Shown: positions 51,676 to 62,318, counted from the stretch's first letter. The stretch is DNA of 64,000 nt from Coleofasciculus sp. B1-GNL1-01 (GCA_040220235.1 JAVJTO010000132.1), one strand, 5' to 3'. A program made the numbers and translations. Notes: a model not told the origin generated them from the sequence alone.

Positions 51676-51893
51676 TAGGGCTTGCTGCATAAGCGTGTAA
51701 GGTAGACCAGATAAGGGTTTCCAGCCATTTTTCGATCCAACAAGTGCAAGGTTTTTACACTATAACAGTCTTGCATCCTGGAATTTTCGCCGACAACAGC
51801 ACTAAATTTTACCTCGACAGAGGGTTAAAACCATTGCCCATTGCCTATTCCCTATTGCCTCTCCCCACCACAAAACTTATTCAGCAGCCCCTA
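51676..51893. mobile_element. MITE family B (218 bp), inverted relative to 23434
   Basis: tagggcttgctgcat...attcagcagccccta; shared caacaagtgcaaggtttttacac core. Confidence 0.85.
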
Positions 51894-51915
51894 ATTAGAC
51901 CATCTATCTATATAG

Positions 51916-52956
51916 TTATATAGTGGGCTGCCCATTCGGTTTTTCAGCAATAACGCGAACACAATCATACTTCTGTTCATTGGCAGCGAAAGCACTTTGA
52001 AGTAGTAGAAGCCAACTCTTTAAGTTGAAGTTTTTGACTTGGGGGGATTCGTTATTTTCCTCCAGAGAACACAATATTTCAGCTATCTTTTGTTCTATAC
52101 AGATATGATGTTTTGTAAATTGTCGGCAGTAACCATAGAACTCAGTAGCGCATAGTTTAAGCTCTAACTGTTCACAGAGCTTATGTAAACTATATTTTGT
52201 AAAAAAGTTTAAATGTCTTGGTACATCCAGATGAAACCACGCGATTCCCCAAAATTTGAATTCCAAGGCTGAATTATTGGGAACTTCAATTACTAACTTA
52301 CCACCTGGAGCCAATAGCTTAATGGCATTAGAGACTGCCTTAACCGGATCTACAGTGTGTTCGAGGGCATGTTTAATAATCACTAGCTCATAGTGTCTCA
52401 AACTAATTTCCGGTGGTAGAGACTCCGCTGTACCAGCAAACACTTGAAGACCCCGTTCTTCGACCGCTATAAATCGGGCTTGCGGATCAGGTTCAACTCC
52501 ATAGACGGTATGCCCCCACTCTCGCAATTTTTCCAGCAGCTTGCCATTACCGCAACCGATTTCGCAAATAAACCGAGAAGTCGAACCAAAGTGAGAGTGA
52601 AACCAGTCATGAGGCCATCCGTTAATCCCATCATCAAAACGCCAAGCCAGTTGAGTTCGTAATCTTTCTAGGAAAGAAACCGATGACACAGAGTCCGACG
52701 ATCGGGGATTGACTCCATGAGTATAATATTCATCAACGTTATAAAAACTGGTAATTTCACTCGGATCTGGAACCGGGTATACTCGTCCAAACTGTGACGC
52801 TTGACACCAATACAATTGGAATGGCTTGCTTACGGTAGGGCGTCTCCAATCACCCGGAACAAAAAGCCACGGTTTCATCTCAGCTCCAGAGATTGGGCAA
52901 ACGGGGCTAGCTGTTAAGCCACTCTGATCAATCATTCCATTCCTCTTGCTCATCAT
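51916..52956 (-). CDS. Class I SAM methyltransferase
   Basis: EIGCGNG, HALEH, DVPRHL. Confidence 0.88.
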   Translation of the reverse strand: MMSKRNGMIDQSGLTASPVCPISGAEMKPWLFVPGDWRRPTVSKPFQLYWCQASQFGRVYPVPDPSEITSFYNVDEYYTHGVNPRSSDSVSSVSFLERLRTQLAWRFDDGINGWPHDWFHSHFGSTSRFICEIGCGNGKLLEKLREWGHTVYGVEPDPQARFIAVEERGLQVFAGTAESLPPEISLRHYELVIIKHALEHTVDPVKAVSNAIKLLAPGGKLVIEVPNNSALEFKFWGIAWFHLDVPRHLNFFTKYSLHKLCEQLELKLCATEFYGYCRQFTKHHICIEQKIAEILCSLEENNESPQVKNFNLKSWLLLLQSAFAANEQKYDCVRVIAEKPNGQPTI

Positions 52957-52979
52957 ATCGACTATATTTTCCTAAGAAG

Positions 52980-54785
52980 TTAACTGTCCAAAACTACTTC
53001 CTGATAACTCCCCGACTTCACTACTCGTCCCTTCTCCAACATATAAACCCGATCGCAGTTCTCAACCGTAGATAGGCGATGAGCGATCACAATCAGGGTT
53101 TTCGTCCCCGCCAGAGCGTTAATCGCCGCTGTCACCCGACTCTCTGTCTCATTATCCAATGCCGCCGTCGCTTCGTCCAGTACCAAAATTTCCCGTTCAT
53201 GATAAATCGCCCTCGCAATCCCTATCCGTTGGCGTTGTCCCCCGGATAAACGTACCCCCCGTTCACCTACCCCTGTCTTTATCCCATCGGGCAATTGCTC
53301 AATCAATTCCTCAAGCTGCGCGGCTGCGATCGCTTTGTGCAATCGTTCCTCATCAATCTGCTCATCAGGAACACCAAAGGCAATATTCCGTTCGATTGTA
53401 TCATCGGTCAAAAAAATCGATTGGGGAATATACCCGACAAGGTTTTGCCAAGAGCGCAGATTATCATAGATGGATACACCATCGACTTTAATATCTCCAC
53501 TCTCTAGCTCCAACAGCCCTAGTATCACATCCACTAAAGTCGTCTTTCCCGCTCCCGATTTGCCAATTAAGGCAATCGATTCCCCTTTCTTAATCTTAAA
53601 CGAAATCTGGTCAAGAGACAGTTCGGAAGCCTCCGGATAACGATAGGTTACATTAATCAGCTCAATTTGATTGGCAAAGCTAAGCGCTTGATTTGCTTTA
53701 TTTTTCCCATGAGCTGAGCCATTTACCCTTGCATCTGGCAGTATTTCTAGACGATTGTGAATTTTTTGTTTCTCTATTTCCTTGAGATCTAAGTAGAGCA
53801 TATTCAGCGCATAGTTAGAGGTTCGCATTTTTGCCATGGACTGAACAAATTGACTTGATGCTGGGATTAAGCGTACTGACGCCACAGCAAAAACACCCAT
53901 CACAGCGGTCAAATCTTGTCCATTTTCCGTGAAGAAAACATGAAACAGAGAGACAAATAGAACCACAAATACAATTAAACTTGTCTTAATAAAAATGTTC
54001 GGTAATAGATTTGATGCTTGTGATAAAGTAGCAGCTCTAGCATATTTTTGAGCTTGTTGGTCTATTTGATTTTCAAAATAGGATTCACAGCCAATCAACC
54101 GTGTCTCTTTTAATCCACCTAGGCCGTGGTTAATCGTACTAATCATTTCTTTTTGAGTTTGCGATTGGATTCTACCCCATCGCTTAAATCTATGCCCAAA
54201 TTTACTAAATAACAAAAATGTGGGTACCAAAACAACCAAAACCATGACCAAGAGCAGGGAATTGCTATATGCCATTAATCCTGTTAAAACCCCGATCACA
54301 ATTCCATTGGTCACAAATATGAGTAACGCGAGCAAACATTGATTGGTAAACATATTTGTCTCGGTAATAATATTTCTAATAATACTGGCTGTATTTTGAT
54401 TTAAGTGAAATGTATAAGGTGCTTTTAAATATGCCTTGAGTAACCGAGATATCAAGATTGATTTTTGCTTATGGGTGTATCGATATATATATGTTTGAGA
54501 CAGAAAATAAAGCAACGCTTGAATACAGAAAATGGCAATAATTATAAATCCGACGATGGGGATAAATTGCTGAGGGGATTCCAATCCTGACTTTCGATAA
54601 GCCCAGTCGAGTACAGTAATACTTTGAATCGATTCTGGGTTGGACGCTAGGCTGATGAATGGTCCGACTAAGCCAATGCCAAAGGCTTCTAGAATTGAGG
54701 TAAAGATAAATATTAGTAAGAGGAAGATAAGACTTTTGCGACTTCCCGTTAAAACGTATAAAACTTTGGAAAGATAGTCAATCAT
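52980..54785 (-). CDS. ABC exporter, fused TMD-NBD (HepA/PglK-like flippase)
   Basis: TMD plus GKSGAGKT, LSGGQRQR, LDEAT. Confidence 0.92.
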   Translation of the reverse strand: MIDYLSKVLYVLTGSRKSLIFLLLIFIFTSILEAFGIGLVGPFISLASNPESIQSITVLDWAYRKSGLESPQQFIPIVGFIIIAIFCIQALLYFLSQTYIYRYTHKQKSILISRLLKAYLKAPYTFHLNQNTASIIRNIITETNMFTNQCLLALLIFVTNGIVIGVLTGLMAYSNSLLLVMVLVVLVPTFLLFSKFGHRFKRWGRIQSQTQKEMISTINHGLGGLKETRLIGCESYFENQIDQQAQKYARAATLSQASNLLPNIFIKTSLIVFVVLFVSLFHVFFTENGQDLTAVMGVFAVASVRLIPASSQFVQSMAKMRTSNYALNMLYLDLKEIEKQKIHNRLEILPDARVNGSAHGKNKANQALSFANQIELINVTYRYPEASELSLDQISFKIKKGESIALIGKSGAGKTTLVDVILGLLELESGDIKVDGVSIYDNLRSWQNLVGYIPQSIFLTDDTIERNIAFGVPDEQIDEERLHKAIAAAQLEELIEQLPDGIKTGVGERGVRLSGGQRQRIGIARAIYHEREILVLDEATAALDNETESRVTAAINALAGTKTLIVIAHRLSTVENCDRVYMLEKGRVVKSGSYQEVVLDS

Positions 54786-54860
54786 CTGGATAAGTAGTTT
54801 GTTTGAGTTTTAGAGTTTATTGCCCTGAACCGCCAGCTAAGGGGAAGGGCACACGTCTGT

Positions 54861-55135
54861 CATGCGTGTCAACTTAAGCGCCAAAAGCTCGACTGGCAAT
54901 CTTTTAACCCTTATCCCCTAACCCCAACTCCCACCCCCCTCGTTCCCCCCTACGAGGAGGGGGGATGACAGCGGATATTTCGCTTTTGTTTCAAGGGAGA
55001 AGGGGAAACCTCCAATAAAGACGCTTCCAAAACACACTTGGAAGATGATTTCCATAGCGCTTCCTTCTTGCTCCCCTCTCCCCTGGTGGGAGAGGGGCTG
55101 GGGGTGAGGGGGTTGAGTTTAAGTTGACACCAATG
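54861..55135. mobile_element. MITE family C, second copy in a REP
   Basis: catgcgtgtcaacttaa...ttaagttgacaccaatg between REP halves gggcac and gcgcccctac. Confidence 0.85.
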
Positions 55136-55387
55136 ACCTCTATGCGCCCCTACGGACGACCTTTTTTGATAAACGGGATTTTCTTTGATCGGCAATACAC
55201 ATAGAATGCTGAAAGTGGGTTTGGTTATGACCACAGTGTTGGTTTTATAATAAAAGGCTATAGCTAAATTCACTTACACTCGGGTACGGTAGCCAATTTA
55301 TCCTGTACTCTCCTAATTTTAGAGGATAAATAGCTCAACTGTTAACCTTGCCTGGGAAACACTTTTTGTCACAGAGGGTTGAGCAGA

Positions 55388-55665
55388 GGGCGACCCGAAC
55401 CCATTAAGTAGCTAGAGTTGTTAATTGGTGCAAGCGGGTCGCCCCTACCTGTCACGGTCACGGGATGTGGTGCAACGAAGGAAGGTAAGTTTTGACCCTT
55501 AGCTTCCCTCGATGACATGGCGTCTCTGGTGTGTAGGGGCGGGTTTCACGACTATCTTTTCGGTTCCACCCAGATGTGATTAAACCCGCCCCGACTCAGG
55601 GTTCTAGACTTGGTGAAACCCGCGCAGGCGGGTTTAGTTTGTGTAGCTGCGGTTTCAACCGCCCA
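55388..55665. repeat. Cluster of REP/REPIN-like hairpins
   Basis: gggcgacccg...cgggtcgcccctac; gtaggggcgggttt...aaacccgcccc; aaacccgc-gcag-gcgggttt. Confidence 0.75.
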
Positions 55666-55675
55666 GCCAACGTTA

Positions 55676-56749
55676 TCAAACTAATTCAATTTGTGAATCA
55701 TCTCCAATCATAAACCGCAACGCCTTGGGACGCCGTGGGGCTACACTCAACTTTGCCCGTTGTCCAATCACACTATCTACAATCCGCTGCTGTACCCCAA
55801 TCACCTTCGCCCCCTGTAAAATCACACTATGCTCTAAATCAGTATCAACCAGGGTAACCTGGTCAGCTACACTACTGTAAGGACCAATAAAACAATTTTC
55901 CAGATGGCAATTGCTGCCAATCGTCACTGGTCCACGAATGGTACAGTTAACTACCTGGGAACCTTGACCAATCTTAACCCGCCCAATCACCTGGCTAGTT
56001 TCATCAACCTCACCCTGAACAGAGGTTTCTAACAGGGTATCCAAAATCACCCGATTGGCTTCCAATAGGTCATCCTTTTTCCCTGTATCCAGCCACCAGC
56101 CTTTTAACTGGAAGGATTCCACCTGCTTGGGTTGGTCAATCAGATATTGAATCGCATCGGTAATTTCCAATTCCCCTCTCGCCGAAGGTTGAATATTCGC
56201 GATCGCCTGGTGAACTGTGTTAGAAAATAGATAAATCCCCACCAGTGCCAGATTTGAGGGCGGAACTTTGGGCTTTTCCACCAACTGCAAGACTCGCCCT
56301 TCCTCATCCACCTTTGCCACACCAAAGGCGGTGGGATTGGGAACGGAACACAGCAGGGTGAGGGCATCTAGATTTCGCTGTTGAAACCGTTCGATAAATA
56401 GGCTCAAGTCACTTTGTACCAGGTTATCACCCAGATACATTAAAAAGGGTGCATCCCCTAGAAACGGTTGAGCAATCTTGACCGCATGGGCTAATCCGGC
56501 TGGCTGATCTTGCAGGATATAAGTAATCTTAGCCCCAAAGCGATCGCCTGTTCCCGTTTTGGTCTTCACTTCTTCTCCGGTTTCTGGGCTGATAATAATC
56601 CCAATATCGGTAATCCCAGCGGCGACGATCGCTTCAATTCCATACCACAAAATGGGTTTATTGGCAACAGGCACGAGTTGTTTTGCCCCAGTATAGGTGA
56701 GGGGGCGTAGTCGCGTTCCTTTTCCGCCGGAAAGAATGAGTGCTTTCAT
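55676..56749 (-). CDS. rfbA: Glucose-1-phosphate thymidylyltransferase (long form)
   Basis: GGKGTRLRP...AKQLVPVANKP, RGELEITD, WWLDTG, beta-helix tail. Confidence 0.95.
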   Translation of the reverse strand: MKALILSGGKGTRLRPLTYTGAKQLVPVANKPILWYGIEAIVAAGITDIGIIISPETGEEVKTKTGTGDRFGAKITYILQDQPAGLAHAVKIAQPFLGDAPFLMYLGDNLVQSDLSLFIERFQQRNLDALTLLCSVPNPTAFGVAKVDEEGRVLQLVEKPKVPPSNLALVGIYLFSNTVHQAIANIQPSARGELEITDAIQYLIDQPKQVESFQLKGWWLDTGKKDDLLEANRVILDTLLETSVQGEVDETSQVIGRVKIGQGSQVVNCTIRGPVTIGSNCHLENCFIGPYSSVADQVTLVDTDLEHSVILQGAKVIGVQQRIVDSVIGQRAKLSVAPRRPKALRFMIGDDSQIELV

Positions 56750-56819
56750 TAGAACTTGTTGAGATTGGCTGGATTATCGCCGGGACATAAATGATACTTT
56801 TGGTTAATTATCGGTGGAA

Positions 56820-57125
56820 TCTGACCCCTCCCAAAACCCCTCCCCGAACCTCTCCCTAGCCCTCTCCTACAAGGAGAGGGAAGCGGAATATATTCTTTAT
56901 TTGGAGGGGCTTTCATGCTCCCCCTTCCGTGCCACAAGAGCGAAGCATCCTTTGTCCTCCCCCCTCGCAGGGGGGAATGAGGGGGGTTGGGAAGGGGGCT
57001 GGGGGGTTAGGTTGGTTTTTCGACGAGAGCAAAGAGCATCATCAATCTCCACAACTTAAAGCCCAAGTGAGCGCAGTTTGTAGTCAGCGCTTGAGCGCGA
57101 AAGGCACTAAAGTGCCTACTACAAA
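56820..57125. repeat. Composite GC-rich palindromic repeats
   Basis: Shares ~60 bp core with MITE family C; further hairpin at 57077-57125. Confidence 0.75.
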
Positions 57126-57167
57126 CGTACCATTTCCTCTAAGTTACTATATCCTCATAGTCTCAGT

Positions 57168-58202
57168 TCAAAGGGGTAGGTCAGACCAAAGATCTTTCAA
57201 CGGTGAATCGCGAATTACAGAAGCGATATCGGCTTGTTGTTCATCGGTAAGCTGGGTTTTCCACTTGGACATACTGGTGCGGGGATCGCGGTAGACACTA
57301 AAATATGCCTTAGATTGATCAGATAACTGGCGTTCACCAGTGGTTGATTCATTGATGAAGTCGCGAGTGGTTTGACCGAGTTCCCAGCCCACGAAGTTAA
57401 AGATTTCCGTAATTTTGCTCTGGGGATCATTACATAAATCTTCATAAACAACGACTAATCCCTGGTCATAGGAGCGAGTATACTCAACCAAGGGTTCAAC
57501 TTGGATACGCCAGATTACAGCATCTAACTGCATATCTGACATTTCCTCCAAGCGATCGCGATACTCAGCCAGGAAATTCCCCCCAACGGCGTCAATTGAT
57601 CGCCGCATTCCTTCTATTTTATCCGATTGGGAGCGCTGGCTAAACTGATTGAGTTGTTTACCTTTGAGCGTAGACGCAATTCTACCAAAGGGATTACGGA
57701 TCATCCCAATCAACTTAGGCTGTAGCACCTCACACAGGCGGGGTAAGAGGGGAGTAGGGAAATTCACATCCTTAATTAGGATAGGAGTCTCTGAAGTTAG
57801 TTTAGTATGACCATACCAGTGATAGAGAGGCTTCAGGGCTTCGACACGACTACCTAAACCATACAACAGGTGTAAGAGTTGGGGATTTTGCCAGCGAAAA
57901 CTCTTGGCGGGAAATGGGGGTAAATCAACGTCATGGTCAAAATTAGAACACAGCGACGCAAAGCGACGACGTAATTCCTTAACGTCGCCCGACTCTAAAT
58001 CATTTTTCCACTCTCGGTAAAGGGGCGATCGCACAAAGGGTTCAAATTTATAACTACAATGTTCATAGCTATCCATCATCCGACCTAGCCACGTTGTCCC
58101 CGAACGCCCAGGACCGGTAATCAGAACATAGTTAAAGGGTGAGTCGTCCTTTGTCAACTGGGTTGTATTGCCACGACGGGTTGGATTAAGCTGATCAGAC
58201 AT
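57168..58202 (-). CDS. Sulfotransferase
   Basis: GPGRSGTT, IRNP...S, YEDL; ATG overlaps rfbD stop (TAATG). Confidence 0.88.
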   Translation of the reverse strand: MSDQLNPTRRGNTTQLTKDDSPFNYVLITGPGRSGTTWLGRMMDSYEHCSYKFEPFVRSPLYREWKNDLESGDVKELRRRFASLCSNFDHDVDLPPFPAKSFRWQNPQLLHLLYGLGSRVEALKPLYHWYGHTKLTSETPILIKDVNFPTPLLPRLCEVLQPKLIGMIRNPFGRIASTLKGKQLNQFSQRSQSDKIEGMRRSIDAVGGNFLAEYRDRLEEMSDMQLDAVIWRIQVEPLVEYTRSYDQGLVVVYEDLCNDPQSKITEIFNFVGWELGQTTRDFINESTTGERQLSDQSKAYFSVYRDPRTSMSKWKTQLTDEQQADIASVIRDSPLKDLWSDLPL

Positions 58203-59086
58203 TATTGGTGAGCATAGAGTTGTTTGAGCATTTGCCGCAGTGCTGTGCGCCAATGGGGGGGATGAGTCCCTAAAACGGCGGATATCTTCTTGCTAGAGAG
58301 TACGGTATAAGCTGGACGGGGAGTGGGTATGGGATATTCTGAGGTATTAATCGGCACAACTTGCTCGACGTTTAAGGGAAAGCCCAGTTGTCGAGCTTCC
58401 TCAAATATAGCTACGGCAAAATCATACCAACTAATCGCACCACTATTGGTATAGTGATAGATACCCGTCACCGACTCTGAGTTGAGGTGTGGAATTAACT
58501 GCGCGATCGCACGGGCTAATTCCCCTGTCCAGGTTGGCGCCCCCACTTGATCCACAACTACTCGCAGTTCTTCCCGTTGTGCGCCGACTCTTAACATCGT
58601 CTTAACGAAGTTACCTTTACCGTGAACTCCATACACCCAAGCTGTTCTCATAATAACAGCGCGATCGCACGCCTGTTGTACTCCTGTTTCTCCTAAGAGC
58701 TTCGATTTCCCATAGGCGTTTAAGGGATTGGGTGTATCCGTTTCAGTATAAGGTGTATTTTTTCGCCCATCAAAGACATAATCGGTAGAAATATGAATTA
58801 AACCTGATCCCAGCTCTTGGGCGGTTTCTGCCATAATTGTGGGAGCTGTGCCATTAATCGTATTTGCCAGTTCAGGTTCACTTTCGGCTTTGTCTACGGC
58901 TGTGTAAGCGGCGGCATTTACAATCAGATTAGGCTTAATCTCCCGAATAACCTGACGAATTTGATCCGGTTGTGTCAAATCCAACCCCTGGCGGTCAAAA
59001 CCAATCACCTCTCCCAAGGGAGCTAGGGTGTGTTGGAGTTCACTCCCCAGTTGTCCAGCCATACCGATGAGTAAGATACGTGTCAT
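58202..59086 (-). CDS. rfbD: dTDP-4-dehydrorhamnose reductase
   Basis: GQLG, AAYTAVDKAE, STDYVFDG, YGKSK. Confidence 0.96.
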   Translation of the reverse strand: MTRILLIGMAGQLGSELQHTLAPLGEVIGFDRQGLDLTQPDQIRQVIREIKPNLIVNAAAYTAVDKAESEPELANTINGTAPTIMAETAQELGSGLIHISTDYVFDGRKNTPYTETDTPNPLNAYGKSKLLGETGVQQACDRAVIMRTAWVYGVHGKGNFVKTMLRVGAQREELRVVVDQVGAPTWTGELARAIAQLIPHLNSESVTGIYHYTNSGAISWYDFAVAIFEEARQLGFPLNVEQVVPINTSEYPIPTPRPAYTVLSSKKISAVLGTHPPHWRTALRQMLKQLYAHQ

Positions 59087-59628
59087 GGGTAAATCTCTGC
59101 TGTTTTCAAAGGTTGACCCGCTTGGTCTTTTGCCGATAATATTGGATCGGTGGTGAGTTGCCAGTCAATTGCCAAGTCGGGATCATTCCAGAGTAGGGTT
59201 CTTTCGTGTTGCGGGGCATAGTAATCCGTGGTTTTGTATAATACCTCGGCTACCTGTGACACCACGTAAAATCCATGGGCAAAACCTTCTGGTACCCAAA
59301 GTTGGCGCTTATTTTCAGCACTCAAGAGACAGCTTACCCATTGTCCAAATGTCGGAGAACTTTTGCGGATATCGACGGCTACATCCAGTATTTCGCCAAC
59401 AACCACTCGCACCAGCTTCCCCTGCGGTTGCTGGATCTGGTAGTGTAGTCCTCGTAGGACGTTCTGCCCGGAACGGGAATGACCATCCATGACAAACTCA
59501 GCTGTTATGTTTGCTGTTTCCGCCAAAGCTTTGTGGTTGTAGCTTTCTAGGAAAAAACCACGGTCATCGGTAAAGACGCGGGGTTCTAAAATTAAAACTT
59601 CTGGAATTTGAGTGGGAATACTTTTCAT
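59083..59628 (-). CDS. rfbC: dTDP-4-dehydrorhamnose 3,5-epimerase
   Basis: DDRGFF, LRGLHYQ, GFAHGF, LSAKD. Confidence 0.96.
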   Translation of the reverse strand: MKSIPTQIPEVLILEPRVFTDDRGFFLESYNHKALAETANITAEFVMDGHSRSGQNVLRGLHYQIQQPQGKLVRVVVGEILDVAVDIRKSSPTFGQWVSCLLSAENKRQLWVPEGFAHGFYVVSQVAEVLYKTTDYYAPQHERTLLWNDPDLAIDWQLTTDPILSAKDQAGQPLKTAEIYP

Positions 59629-59743
59629 TGAGGTACGATTAGACTCATGGCTGTCAGTCTAGCTAAAAGTCCCCAGGTTATTTTAGCTGAAGGCATGGTA
59701 CTATCAAAATCATATATTTAATTGAATATAAATGTAAAAATTT

Positions 59744-60745
59744 ATGAAAGAATCAGTTTTTGTCCCCCTGAAAGAGGCGATTCCTCGCCAGTACAAGTCC
59801 AAGTATAAGCGTCAATATGATCAGTTCAGACGTTTCGTGGCAGAACCCCTGATCAGGTTCAGGAGATTTTCTTTGAACTTTCGGGAACTTCCCCCTTTAG
59901 TTAACCCAATTTTTATGGTCGGTACAGCTAAGGGGGGAACGACTCTCTTAGCCAATTGTATGGGACATCACCCCAACATTTGCCATCCCACGTATGCCCA
60001 TTTTGAGCTTTCACCTGAGTGGTGTAAATTAGCCGATATTGATATTGCGGCTTTAGCGACGCATAAACAGAATTGTCCACCCCTGAGGGCGGAAGATGTG
60101 ACAGACACTATCCGTCAAAATGTTAGAGAAGGCTTTGCTCGACTCATGGTAGAGGAAGGCGGGAGCAAAAATACTCGCTTTTTCAATAAGAGTCCTCATT
60201 TGTGGAATAAGCTGCCTTTTGTGCATAGCATTTTTCCGGATGCACATCTGCTTGTTTCCAGCCGAGATATTGTAAGTAGTGTCGCTAGCCTCAAGGAAAC
60301 TTGGGCTAAACAACACAAGCTTACGGGAGTTAAATACTATTTTCCCATAGATGGCAAGCATTGTTGGAGTTCAATTTGGCCCAACTCCTCCGCTCAAATT
60401 GAACCCGAACGGACGTTTCCAGGTGGAGAAGTTTCTGTGTTAGCAGAATACTGGTTGCGCGTCTACACAACAATTGAGGAAAATGCGCCTCAATTTGATG
60501 TAGTGTTTCCGGTGCATAGTCGGGATTTTGCTGAGAATCCGGGCTTGGTTGTGTCTCAAGTCCACAAGGCGCTGAATTTGCCTGATGTAGACTATTCATT
60601 GCCGACAAGACTCAAACCGTCAAAAAATCAGCGCTGGCGTGAGATGTTAACGCAACAGGAACAAGAATCACTAAAAGCTTTTATCGAAGCCAATTACAAC
60701 CAGATAACGTCTTTGAAATATGCCGATACTACAGTAGCGCTATAG
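59744..60745 (+). CDS. Sulfotransferase
   Basis: GTAKGGTT, NKSP, RD...S. Confidence 0.82.
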   Translation: MKESVFVPLKEAIPRQYKSKYKRQYDQFRRFVAEPLIRFRRFSLNFRELPPLVNPIFMVGTAKGGTTLLANCMGHHPNICHPTYAHFELSPEWCKLADIDIAALATHKQNCPPLRAEDVTDTIRQNVREGFARLMVEEGGSKNTRFFNKSPHLWNKLPFVHSIFPDAHLLVSSRDIVSSVASLKETWAKQHKLTGVKYYFPIDGKHCWSSIWPNSSAQIEPERTFPGGEVSVLAEYWLRVYTTIEENAPQFDVVFPVHSRDFAENPGLVVSQVHKALNLPDVDYSLPTRLKPSKNQRWREMLTQQEQESLKAFIEANYNQITSLKYADTTVAL

Positions 60746-60871
60746 ATGTTTCATCCTCTAGTAAAAATGCGTACTAGACTAGATAGCTGGGAAAATATTG
60801 TCAATTAGCTCAAGTCGCTTAAACTTTATAATGATTCCTGAAGGTAATAAAAAATATTTGGAAATGAATCA

Positions 60872-61570
60872 ATGAAACCTTGGTTAAAAAATCTAGTTCA
60901 ATCAATAGCGCCTGTATTTGATATTATGATAATCCGAAGTCATGAGCGCTTATTCCAAAATCCTCTGCCTTGGTATACAAAAAGCTCTATTAGGTGGCTA
61001 GACGAACATATAAATACAGAAATGACCATACTTGAATATGGTGGTGGCGTTTCCTCTCTTTGGTGGTGTCAAAAAGCCAAGAAAGTTTATACTTTTGAGG
61101 CAAGTTTTAAATGGGCTATCATTCTCCTCTATCACTTTTCCCGACATCCAGAGTTACTAAAAAAATGGAGATTGCATTTTTCTCCTTGTGAGTGGAAGCC
61201 AACGATAGATACTCCTAAAGATTACTGGAAAGCTCATCGAGGCTTGCTGACTGATGCAGAGATTGAAAGTATGGAGGAAGATTATTTACTCGATCTGCCA
61301 GACAAGTTCGATGTAATAATTATAGATGGCGCAATTAGACTAAAAGCCTTAGAAAAAACCCAATCTATTATAGAGAAGCAAAAAGTTCAATATATTGTAA
61401 TTGACAATACAAATAATAAGGCTTTATCTAGAGAAGCAGATGCCACAATTCCTAAAAATTTTAAGAGGTTAGACTTTCCTGCTAATGACGAAGATAATGT
61501 ATCCAGTCCTAGTGGAGAGTGGATTACGTCTGTTTGGATTAATCAAGCAAATATGGTAGAATCAATCTAA
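60872..61570 (+). CDS. Putative methyltransferase
   Basis: PLPWYT, LEYGGGVSSLWW, IIIDG..R, IDN. Confidence 0.75.
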   Translation: MKPWLKNLVQSIAPVFDIMIIRSHERLFQNPLPWYTKSSIRWLDEHINTEMTILEYGGGVSSLWWCQKAKKVYTFEASFKWAIILLYHFSRHPELLKKWRLHFSPCEWKPTIDTPKDYWKAHRGLLTDAEIESMEEDYLLDLPDKFDVIIIDGAIRLKALEKTQSIIEKQKVQYIVIDNTNNKALSREADATIPKNFKRLDFPANDEDNVSSPSGEWITSVWINQANMVESI

Positions 61571-61631
61571 ATTATTCGTTTTCATCTTCAGTAATCCCAA
61601 TACCTCTATTCTGAGTCGTTTTAATAATAGT

Positions 61632-62318
61632 ATGAAAAAAATTATAAAAAAAGCTTTCACCAGACTAGGCTACGATATAAGACGGATAAAACCTGAATAT
61701 TCTGGATGGAATGCTTCAAATCTCAGAAACTTTGCAACTGATATAAAGACATGTGTAGATATTGGAGCAGGTTATGGCACAAAAGAGCTGTATAAGGCAT
61801 TCCCCGATGCGTTTCATGTCTTAATTGATCCTCTAGAAGAATACAAGCCCTCCTTAGCAAACATTCTCAAAGAATATAAAGGACAATATTTGATCACGGC
61901 AATAGGTTCTCAAGATACTACTCTTACACTATCAATCGAACAAAATTCTTTAACAAGAAGCAGTTTCAATAAAAGGACTGAGTTGACATCAACAGGAAAA
62001 GAAATTCTCAGAACGAGAGAAGTACCGATTACAACACTAGACACTTTATTGGAAGAGTATAAATTTCAGCCTCCTTTCGGCTTAAAAATAGATACTGAAG
62101 GGTTTGAGTTAGAAGTTATACGAGGAGCATCACATTTTCTTCAGAATACAGAATTTGTTATTGCAGAAGTATCATACAACAAGCGTTTTGAAGAAAGCTA
62201 TCGCTTTCCGGAGTTTGCTGAAAAGATGAGACAGGCGGGTTTCTATTTATGCGACATACTTAAGGTTGTCGGTAAACCAACATTGTTTCTAGATTGTATG
62301 TTCAAAAAATTCAGATAA
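61632..62318 (+). CDS. FkbM-family methyltransferase
   Basis: DIGAGYG, TTLD, LKIDTEGFELEVIRG. Confidence 0.9.
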   Translation: MKKIIKKAFTRLGYDIRRIKPEYSGWNASNLRNFATDIKTCVDIGAGYGTKELYKAFPDAFHVLIDPLEEYKPSLANILKEYKGQYLITAIGSQDTTLTLSIEQNSLTRSSFNKRTELTSTGKEILRTREVPITTLDTLLEEYKFQPPFGLKIDTEGFELEVIRGASHFLQNTEFVIAEVSYNKRFEESYRFPEFAEKMRQAGFYLCDILKVVGKPTLFLDCMFKKFR

